Source: an uncultured Candidatus Saccharibacteria bacterium | GTDB taxonomy: Bacteria > Patescibacteriota > Minisyncoccia > Phycocordibacterales > UBA918 | Assembly (NCBI GenBank): GCA_964402035.1 | Contig: CAYOAM010000002.1 | Coordinates: 106,111-170,110 of the forward strand | Length of the DNA: 64,000 nucleotides | Direction of reading: 5' to 3' | Part shown: piece after piece, positions 57,186 through 64,000 of the stretch | Layout: the number at the start of each line of letters is the position of its first letter | Numbering within the stretch: the stretch's first letter is position 1 | Translations under genes and position numbers: made by a program | The notes under the pieces: model-generated | Seen by the model: the letters and a program-made list of their open reading frames with translations, nothing else | Told to the model about the DNA's origin: nothing | The model's database searches: none

Positions 57186-58031
57186 ATGCTGTTTCCATCT
57201 CGTTTTGGTGTAGCAATGAACGCTGTCACCGAGGGTGCCAAGATTGTGCGACAACTCGCCGACACTCATCTTCAGTCAGCGAGCAAAGGGGGTAACTTCC
57301 GTGATCTGAAAACCGCGGCTGATGATGCTTCTGAATCCGCGATCACCAAACTTATCGGTCAGTATTTCCCCCAAGATGCAATCTATGCAGAAGAGAGCTG
57401 GAAGGCCGGCGATCGCATCGACCCAGAGAAAATGACATGGGTCATTGATCCGGTGGATGGCACCACTAACCTGGCTGCTGGCATATCTTTGGTGGCAGTC
57501 GGTCTTGGACTCATGCAAGTTGGTGTTGTTCGATTCGGAGTCATCAAAGACATCTTCAAACAAGAAACCTATTGCTCCGAGGAAAGTGGCGAAGCGTACT
57601 TCCTGTCAGACGGAGCACGTATCGCGATCAAGGTCTGTGTGAACACTGACCTTCAAGCAGGCTTGATCGTCTACGACATGCCCGGTGCAAGTAACCGAAT
57701 TCCGCTCGTCGAAGCCTTCATGCAAAAAGCAAATAGGCGTGCGCAAGCAGCACGGATCTTCGGCTGCGCACATCTTTCCCTCTGCTATCTGGCGAGAGGA
57801 CTGGTCGGAGGATACGTGAATGCCGACCTTCACGACTGGGACGTTGCACCAGGGCTTGCGCTAGTCGAACGTGCTGGTGGCATCATCACCGACTGGAAAG
57901 GAAACCTATGGGAGCCTCATGGCCGCAAGCATGGCATTATTGCGGCAGCGACCCCAGAGATCCACACGACTCTGTTGGGCTATGCCCGCGAGGTCATGGC
58001 GAAAACGGGTATTGATCCAGCGACGATCTGA
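57186..58031 (+). CDS. Inositol monophosphatase family protein
   Basis: DLKTAAD, AEES, WVIDPVDGTTN, WDVAPG; start at 57186 after GGAG (ORF track 57093 overlaps the promoter). Confidence 0.92.
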   Translation: MLFPSRFGVAMNAVTEGAKIVRQLADTHLQSASKGGNFRDLKTAADDASESAITKLIGQYFPQDAIYAEESWKAGDRIDPEKMTWVIDPVDGTTNLAAGISLVAVGLGLMQVGVVRFGVIKDIFKQETYCSEESGEAYFLSDGARIAIKVCVNTDLQAGLIVYDMPGASNRIPLVEAFMQKANRRAQAARIFGCAHLSLCYLARGLVGGYVNADLHDWDVAPGLALVERAGGIITDWKGNLWEPHGRKHGIIAAATPEIHTTLLGYAREVMAKTGIDPATI

Positions 58032-58052
58032 TCAACTCTGGACCTCTACTCA

Positions 58053-58093
58053 ACCGAGCACTTCTTTTTTTGTTTGAAAAAGAAGTGCTCGGT
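58053..58093 (+). terminator. Intrinsic terminator
   Basis: ACCGAGCACTTCTTTT...AAAAGAAGTGCTCGGT followed by ATTTTT. Confidence 0.8.
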
Positions 58094-58128
58094 ATTTTTA
58101 TCTCAATCGACCACGCCACCACGCACCA

Positions 58129-58157
58129 TTGACATAAGTCAATACTCATGCTACTTT
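58129..58157 (+). promoter_or_regulatory. Sigma70-type promoter
   Basis: TTGACA-N17-TACTTT with extended TG. Confidence 0.7.
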
Positions 58158-58213
58158 GCCGGAGGTTCTGTGAGGGATAGTCTCTCGCAGGGTTCTACAC
58201 ATGGAGTTCAGAC

Positions 58214-59011
58214 ATGCTCGTCAATGTGCCACTTCCCACTCGATTTGATCCGGAATGTCTCCGCGCCTTCGAATGGAGCGAGGGACGACGCCATATCGTC
58301 GCTCTCGGCCCCTATGGCCGCCACGGCAATGTGATCCTCTGCACCCAGTTTGGGTCACAGAAGGCAATCTTCGCCGACGGCAAGGAACACCCGTATACGG
58401 CAGTTCTTGGTCTCGTCGCCAAGGATGGTGGACTCAACACCTACGGCGGACACGTGATCCCGATCCTGCCCAACGGCAACGTGCTCATGGTTCATGTGCC
58501 CCGACCGGCACTCCTCGCGATCCCACGGAGACGCCGTACGAATATCATCGAGTTCCTCGACGGCAGAGAATCCTACGATCTTGGCCCCATCGGCGAAGCG
58601 GAAATCCCGGGGGGCACAGTGGAACTCGGCGTGACAGTTAAGGTCGGTGCATTGCTTGAGTTGCTCCAAGAACTCGGCCTCAAGGTGATCGAAAATTGCG
58701 AGTTCATCACTCGCAACGACCTGGTCGGATCACTCATCTCCGAGTTCGCCATTCAGATCGGCATCCATGCAATCAAGCTGCCAGCGAATATCGGCGCAGA
58801 ACACCTCAAGTATGTCAGGGATGACGGCGGACTCTATGTACTCAGCCTTTCGCAGGCGGAGATCAAGCACAACAAACGACGCGGTGTCTTTGGTACTGGC
58901 TCAACGCATGCATGTCTCCGTTTCCTTGCGGATCTCAACGACCCCGCGGAATACGAAGCTATGCTCGCAAAGGGCGAGATCACGGTGACCAGAGAGACCC
59001 TGCGCCTCTGA
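58214..59011 (+). CDS. Degenerate NUDIX-fold protein
   Basis: EIPGGTVE.......LLELLQELGL resembles the Nudix box but lacks the RE..EE residues; GGAG SD. Confidence 0.65.
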   Translation: MLVNVPLPTRFDPECLRAFEWSEGRRHIVALGPYGRHGNVILCTQFGSQKAIFADGKEHPYTAVLGLVAKDGGLNTYGGHVIPILPNGNVLMVHVPRPALLAIPRRRRTNIIEFLDGRESYDLGPIGEAEIPGGTVELGVTVKVGALLELLQELGLKVIENCEFITRNDLVGSLISEFAIQIGIHAIKLPANIGAEHLKYVRDDGGLYVLSLSQAEIKHNKRRGVFGTGSTHACLRFLADLNDPAEYEAMLAKGEITVTRETLRL

Positions 59012-59031
59012 TCACAACTGCCACCACTCGA

Positions 59032-59067
59032 GCCCTGCACACACTGTGCAGGGCTCTTTTTCTTTAT
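59032..59067 (+). terminator. Terminator, copy 1 of an identical 36-bp repeat
   Basis: GCCCTGCACACACTGTGCAGGGCTCTTTTTCTTTAT. Confidence 0.85.
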
Positions 59068-59148
59068 TTTTTAGAAAACACTATCTATTGCTAAAGTACA
59101 AAATACATGGTATATTTTTGCATAGGTTCAACCCTCAAGGAGGCTCAC

Positions 59149-59556
59149 ATACAAGATGAATTGAAGGCAACAAAGGTCGGCTCTCTTCAAATCACCGCGG
59201 TCGGTGTCCCGACCGCAGAGACTTCAGAAGGTTTTCTTGTGGTCCCCGTACAGCTGGAGAACGGCTCCTTTAGGCTTATGGCGAGAAGGAGTCCTACACT
59301 GCCGTTTTTCCCGCTTAAGATCGATCTCACTTCAGAAAAGACGCATTCAGCGGATGAAATTTTCGAGAACGCTTCGTGTATGCCCCAAGTCACGATGATC
59401 TCGAGACATTTCGAGACCGACCTCGAAATACAAGTCTGGAATACCGAACAGACAGGGTTCTTGATCATCAAGACAATCGAGATCTCGGAGAATCAATTCC
59501 AAAAGACCGACATCTACGAGATCAAGCCGGTTCGATACAGAAGACAGTCTTCTTGA
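59149..59556 (+). CDS. Hypothetical protein; start uncertain (in-frame ATA after a strong SD; ORF track 59107)
   Basis: TTGCTA-N17-TATATT promoter overlaps the 59107 ATG; AAGGAGG at 59137-59143. Confidence 0.5.
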   Translation: MQDELKATKVGSLQITAVGVPTAETSEGFLVVPVQLENGSFRLMARRSPTLPFFPLKIDLTSEKTHSADEIFENASCMPQVTMISRHFETDLEIQVWNTEQTGFLIIKTIEISENQFQKTDIYEIKPVRYRRQSS

Positions 59557-59566
59557 TCTCTCTCGT

Positions 59567-59602
59567 GCCCTGCACACACTGTGCAGGGCTCTTTTTCTTT
59601 AT
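59567..59602 (+). terminator. Terminator, copy 2 (identical to 59032-59067)
   Basis: GCCCTGCACACACTGTGCAGGGCTCTTTTTCTTTAT. Confidence 0.85.
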
Positions 59603-59622
59603 GTACAGCGTACAATGTTCCT

Positions 59623-60321
59623 ATGAAGGCGGCAGATAATCATCACATTGGGCGTGAAAAGATGTTGACTGGTGATGTGCACGTATTCCCCACACGAGAC
59701 AGCTGGCCAAAAACGTGGGCATCGGATGCACATCTTGCTGGTCTCTGCTCCAATATGTCTGAGCAGATGGTATACGAAAAAGTAATAACCCCTCTCGTCG
59801 ACCTCGGAAAGTCTACATATATTCAAGGGTGGTTTGCACATATCGACTCACCACTTCATGCAACCATTCTCTCAGGGGACACTAGTACAGAAAAAGCACT
59901 TCCCCCACAAACGAAAAACATATACGACCTTATAGCAAAAGACCCTGAGGTTATTTTTATTCGTACCCTCCTACAAAATCTCACTGCCACATTCGATTTT
60001 GTGTGCAATAACGGGGACAACATCACGCTCAATTGTACGCATATCCCAAGCGAGATTCTGATCGCTCGTACTCGCATGGCAAGTGTGTATCGACGCTTTG
60101 GGCTTCGTGTACATACGATAGAGGATTTTTTCCATATGACCGTGATGCGTATACGTACGCTACCTGAAGTAAATACACATGCAAGCCTTACTACATTTGT
60201 TGAAAGAGTTGATGCACTCCATGAAAAAATACTGCAGGATCCAATCGTTGTGACCTTTGATACCATCTGGTTTGGCTATGATATGCAACGCAAGACACGC
60301 ACGGAGCTGCTCTCTCAATAA
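59623..60321 (+). CDS. Hypothetical protein
   Basis: Long ORF; TACAAT 6 nt before ATG 59623; no recognised motif. Confidence 0.6.
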   Translation: MKAADNHHIGREKMLTGDVHVFPTRDSWPKTWASDAHLAGLCSNMSEQMVYEKVITPLVDLGKSTYIQGWFAHIDSPLHATILSGDTSTEKALPPQTKNIYDLIAKDPEVIFIRTLLQNLTATFDFVCNNGDNITLNCTHIPSEILIARTRMASVYRRFGLRVHTIEDFFHMTVMRIRTLPEVNTHASLTTFVERVDALHEKILQDPIVVTFDTIWFGYDMQRKTRTELLSQ

Positions 60322-60356
60322 AACTTCCTCTCTATTTCATTTGTTATACTTGTCGC

Positions 60357-61100
60357 ATGAAAACCATAATCGTCACCGGCGCAAGCCAAGGGATCGGAAA
60401 GGCTATTGCAGCACGCCTTTTGCGTGATGGGTATGGTGTTATTGGCATAGCACGAGACCCACAAAAACTCGCAGTGGTAGCCGAAGAATTTAATACCGCC
60501 AATTTTACACATCACTCTTTTGATATTGCCGACCAAAAAGCAATAGCGGATTTTGCTCTTAGACTACACGGTCAAGAAATTTTTGCTGTGGTAAATAATG
60601 CTGGTATCTGCAAAACTGCACGCATCGATGAAGTGGAAGAAACGGATCCGTGGGATGAAGTCTTGGCAACCAACCTCACAGGTGTCAAAAACCTCACGCA
60701 AGCACTCATCCCACTATTGCATAATAGTGGTCGCATTATAAATATTTCTTCACAACTTGGAAAAGAAGGTCGTGCAGGATACAGCGCCTATTGCGCATCA
60801 AAATTTGGTCTCATTGGTCTTACCAAAGTATGGGCAAAAGAACTCGGTGCTCGCAACATCACGGTCAATGCCATCTGCCCTGGTTGGGTAGAGACTGACA
60901 TGACCGATACTGATCTTGGTCGTCTTGCTGAAGAAGCAGGAACGACGCTCCCACTGTTACGCAAGAGCATTACGGACCAACTCGAAATGGGAACTATGAA
61001 TAAGCCAGAAGATATAGCGGGCATGGTTGCATACCTACTTTCACCGGATGCTGATCGAATTTCTGGTCGCGACTTTCTTCTTCAACAAGTGACAAATTAA
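60357..61100 (+). CDS. Classical SDR-family NAD(P)-dependent oxidoreductase
   Basis: TGASQGIG, NNAG, YCASK, VNAICPG. Confidence 0.95.
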   Translation: MKTIIVTGASQGIGKAIAARLLRDGYGVIGIARDPQKLAVVAEEFNTANFTHHSFDIADQKAIADFALRLHGQEIFAVVNNAGICKTARIDEVEETDPWDEVLATNLTGVKNLTQALIPLLHNSGRIINISSQLGKEGRAGYSAYCASKFGLIGLTKVWAKELGARNITVNAICPGWVETDMTDTDLGRLAEEAGTTLPLLRKSITDQLEMGTMNKPEDIAGMVAYLLSPDADRISGRDFLLQQVTN

Positions 61101-61142
61101 AAAAAACCGCGCAAGGCCATATGGTCTTGCGCGGTTTTTTTT
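61101..61142. terminator. Bidirectional intrinsic terminator between convergent genes
   Basis: AAAAAAACCGCGCAAGGCC-ATAT-GGTCTTGCGCGGTTTTTTT. Confidence 0.85.
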
Positions 61143-61153
61143 ATTGTCTAGAC

Positions 61154-61924
61154 CTATTTCTTTGCCACCACCGTGTTTGTCATAAAGAATCGTACCTGCT
61201 TTGCAAAAAGAAGTACGTACAATCCTACGAAACTGACCGCGTAGAAATAAAGGAAGTAATCCATATGCATGAACCACGTGGCGATCAAAAGTGGCCCCAC
61301 TATAGCCGGATAGCTGTAGATATTCTTGTTCCAAAAATCAAATGACCGCACGTACCATGGTCGCGCATCGAGTGCTGCATTTTGTACATCTTTGTTTTCG
61401 CGCTCAGTGCCCAGATACACAATCATCCAAAAACGAAGTTCCAGTGCCCGGAACATAAGTTTTGCAAGTGATGCTGCGGCTCCCGCATAGAGTACCCAAA
61501 CCTCTCCAGTCTGCTCAAAAATCGCAACGCCCAAAAGCATAAAGAAAAGGCTGTACATAATATCGTGACTCACTGGCTCCACGTACTGCCCACCCACAAC
61601 ACTCTGCGCGTAGCGGAAGCGTGCCACTTCCCCATCAACACCATCAAGAATGATCGAGAGAAAATAAAATACTGGTCCCCAGAGCTGCACCGAGAGATCA
61701 GACGAGAAGTAGCATGCAACTCCCATAAAGAAGACAATCACTCCAATCACTGAAATTTGATTTGGTGTAAACGGTAGTCGCAGAAAAACGTACGTGAGAT
61801 AAATGGAGAAAATTCGAGTGAAGCGACCAAGCTTACTTTCTTTTGCTGGATTTGGTGCAGTCGCCTGACACACTGCGCGAAGCTCTTTGATACCAAATGC
61901 CTTAAGGTCTCGTGGTTCGTTCAT
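61154..61924 (-). CDS. CDP-alcohol phosphotransferase family membrane protein
   Basis: TPNQIS, LDGVDGEVAR......G; the last conserved Asp residues are altered (YVEPVSHD). Confidence 0.88.
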   Translation of the reverse strand: MNEPRDLKAFGIKELRAVCQATAPNPAKESKLGRFTRIFSIYLTYVFLRLPFTPNQISVIGVIVFFMGVACYFSSDLSVQLWGPVFYFLSIILDGVDGEVARFRYAQSVVGGQYVEPVSHDIMYSLFFMLLGVAIFEQTGEVWVLYAGAAASLAKLMFRALELRFWMIVYLGTERENKDVQNAALDARPWYVRSFDFWNKNIYSYPAIVGPLLIATWFMHMDYFLYFYAVSFVGLYVLLFAKQVRFFMTNTVVAKK

Positions 61925-61966
61925 ACGTAATTTATAGTTATAACGTTTGTTAGTATACCAAATCCC

Positions 61967-63088
61967 TTACCTTTTTTCTCTGGCTACTTTTTCAAGTATT
62001 CGCCGCCCTCTGACTATCCACGTATACTCATGGACGTGGTTAAAGGCATAGGCTGCACGCACTGCAGCCTCAGTCACATCTTCAAGTACGGTACTAATAA
62101 CAGAGCTTAGAGACTGAACGTTGCCAGCCTCAAAGAAAAAAACGTCCTTATCGCTCACGATGGCTCGCAAGCTTGGAATATCAGAAACGATAGTTGGCTT
62201 TCGCGATGCCATATGTGCAAACAGCTTTATCGGTGATGTGTACACGGTCGATTCCGCATTTGATGGAATATTTGGAACGACGAGCGCATCAGCCGCTTGC
62301 TGATTTTTGGCGAGTTCTCGATACGGTCTTGTACCAAGGAATCGTACGGTTGGATATTTTTTTTGTAGCACTGCGACCTGCTCTACGTTTCCACCAATGA
62401 TCACGACGCAAACATCGTGTGCTAACAGTGGAGCAGCTGCGCATAACGTGTCGACCCCCTTCCAGTACTCAAGAGCACCAACATACATCACGATGCGTGC
62501 ATTGAGTGGCAGACCGAGTTCGCTCCGCACATTACGCGCATCGTATTCTTTTTCAAATTCAGAAAGAGCAATACCATTGTGAGAGACCATCGTCTGCATG
62601 AGACCGTGCGCATGACACGCTCGCTCGGTCCCTTCTGAATTACATGGGATACAATCTACACGTCTTAAAAAATACGCAAAGAGTGAACCAAATGACTCAG
62701 GCCAATCGTGCACCTCGCAGACCACCGTATATCCACGCATCTTGTATAGCCAAGCTATTTCAGCACTACGTGTAAAGATAAGTGCAGCATGCGGGGGTGT
62801 ATGAAATAACAGTCGCACTAAAAATAATGCTGAATGAACGTACTGTACTATGCGACCAAAACGTCCAAAATGGGAGACGAGATCTGGTGACCATAGATAT
62901 CGAACATTAAAGCACGTACGTAAACCGTAGTAGGAAAAAATATCTTCTGAAATCGGATTTTGTCGCCTTGGAATCGTCAGTATTACCGTATGACCCAATT
63001 CCGCAAACGCTTCACACATGTGAGCAATCTGAAGACCATGCGCTTTCTCGGTCGGCATGCGAGCCTGCACAATATATTCAATCTGCAT
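61967..63088 (-). CDS. Glycosyltransferase family 4
   Basis: YVGALEYWKGVD, SPIKLFAHMAS.KP.IVSD. Confidence 0.9.
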   Translation of the reverse strand: MQIEYIVQARMPTEKAHGLQIAHMCEAFAELGHTVILTIPRRQNPISEDIFSYYGLRTCFNVRYLWSPDLVSHFGRFGRIVQYVHSALFLVRLLFHTPPHAALIFTRSAEIAWLYKMRGYTVVCEVHDWPESFGSLFAYFLRRVDCIPCNSEGTERACHAHGLMQTMVSHNGIALSEFEKEYDARNVRSELGLPLNARIVMYVGALEYWKGVDTLCAAAPLLAHDVCVVIIGGNVEQVAVLQKKYPTVRFLGTRPYRELAKNQQAADALVVPNIPSNAESTVYTSPIKLFAHMASRKPTIVSDIPSLRAIVSDKDVFFFEAGNVQSLSSVISTVLEDVTEAAVRAAYAFNHVHEYTWIVRGRRILEKVAREKR

Positions 63089-63094
63089 AGGTAT

Positions 63095-63709
63095 TCATTT
63101 TTGCGCGTAAATATAATACCCGCTCACTTGCTTACTCTTTTCTTTTCCCGTGAGTCGATCCAAGAATCGTGCCCCGTATTTCATGAGTGCAATACGACCC
63201 AACGGACTAAGGTGCACCCACGTTTCAAAAGCGCCACGTACTTTTGCTATTTCTACGTGTACAAAATCCTTAAACAAAAGATCGAGAGCATCATGCGTAA
63301 AGCGCCAATAGTCTTTGTAGTACCCGGTTTCAGCGTGGTAGTAAAAAAGAAACGGCACATAGAATAGAGTAGATCCACCTTTCCTTAATACACGATAGAC
63401 CTCTCCCACTGCTTGTATAGGGTTTTCAACATGCTCCAAAACAGCAAGACACATAATAGCTTCCTCACTCTGATCAGCAAATGGTAAGTGATGGATGTCA
63501 CCCACAATATCGGGATGAAAATCAGGTACCGGATCGACGATAAGATATTGATGTTTCGTTATAAGCGGCAGAATCCATGCACGCCGTGGATCAAAGCGGT
63601 TACTCTTTTCTTTTGAAATCCGAAGCCCGCCACCAATATCAACTATGCGCACATGACAAGAAAGCATCAAAGAAACCTTCTCTCTAAAAAACGAATCCCA
63701 CGTAGTCAT
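63095..63709 (-). CDS. Class I SAM-dependent methyltransferase (Methyltransf_11-like)
   Basis: IVDIGGG, VLEHVENP, RVLRKGG, DYWRFT. Confidence 0.88.
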   Translation of the reverse strand: MTTWDSFFREKVSLMLSCHVRIVDIGGGLRISKEKSNRFDPRRAWILPLITKHQYLIVDPVPDFHPDIVGDIHHLPFADQSEEAIMCLAVLEHVENPIQAVGEVYRVLRKGGSTLFYVPFLFYYHAETGYYKDYWRFTHDALDLLFKDFVHVEIAKVRGAFETWVHLSPLGRIALMKYGARFLDRLTGKEKSKQVSGYYIYAQK

Positions 63710-63727
63710 ATGCAGTAGCCTACCATA

Positions 63728-64000
63728 TTAGAAAATAATATTATTCTTCTTTGCCCAAACCTGAAACATCATGAGTCCCCACAGCGTCTTGCTGTGGTAC
63801 CCACCACGATTCAGGTGTCCTGCGATCAACTCGTTTGAAACATACTCCCAATTGAACACCCGCTCGGTACGCGGATTATATTCCTTACTCAAGATCTCAC
63901 GCATTTTTTTAATAATACGCTCTTCTCGCAACCACTTTGCTCCCGGTGTAAACCAACCACGTTTTGGTTGGTTGAAAAGGTGACGCGGCAATATTTCTTT
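63728..64000 (-). CDS. C-terminus of an asparagine-synthase-like (AsnB/WbpS) amidotransferase; 5' part outside the window
   Basis: PKRGWFTPGAKWLR...LWGLMMFQVW matches the AsnB C-terminal pattern. Confidence 0.75.
   Translation of the reverse strand, partial: KEILPRHLFNQPKRGWFTPGAKWLREERIIKKMREILSKEYNPRTERVFNWEYVSNELIAGHLNRGGYHSKTLWGLMMFQVWAKKNNIIF

Noticed and set aside
45971-58031. Secreted aminoglycoside antibiotic cluster with APH self-resistance
   Set aside because: Embedded in a flippase-type surface glycan locus with nucleotidyltransferases and no exporter or rRNA methylase; envelope decoration is more parsimonious.
47125-59602. Duplicated hairpins as a CRISPR array or integron attC sites
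   Set aside because: Only two copies of each, spaced by whole genes and followed by U-tracts. No cas or intI gene and no clear RYYYAAC/GTTRRRY ends.
734-63983. Numerous short overlapping or antisense ORFs in the ORF track (e.g. 10355..11101, 11876..12679, 19300..19887, 50956..51657)
   Set aside because: Shadows of long, well-supported genes with no recognisable motifs.
1-64000. Alternative genetic code (UGA=Gly), tRNA or rRNA genes
   Set aside because: TGA terminates intact genes such as gatB and obgE, and no cloverleaf or rRNA-like sequence was recognised by eye in the intergenic gaps.

Overview
The window looks like a Patescibacteria (CPR, Parcubacteria-like) chromosome segment using genetic code 11, with almost all genes on the minus strand. 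The taxonomic call is an inference from gene style. From left to right it holds: (1) a truncated REP-associated tyrosine transposase (RAYT) missed by the ORF track, with its palindromes, and gap; (2) a ~18 kb cell-surface locus with a LamG-repeat protein, a ~3,200 aa fibre/adhesin, a four-gene fibre operon and two membrane-anchored HTH proteins; (3) housekeeping genes gatB, obgE, secA and murB, plus an unannotated 29-aa histone-H1-like ORF; (4) a >35 kb glycan locus (O-antigen-ligase/TPR protein, neuA/neuB-like genes, flippase, glycosyltransferases, five methyltransferases, aminotransferases) running off the right edge. There are two main candidates for undescribed systems. The first is an usher-less donor-strand-exchange pilus at 14.3-18.3 kb, where the putative major subunit and a membrane-anchored FnIII protein share the mature N-terminal strand DxFxISQSV. 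The second is a cyclitol-phosphate pathway built around a nucleotidyltransferase fused to a 2-deoxy-scyllo-inosose-synthase-like cyclase, flanked on both sides by stand-alone gene cassettes with duplicated terminators. All family calls come from motif recognition by eye; no database searches were run.
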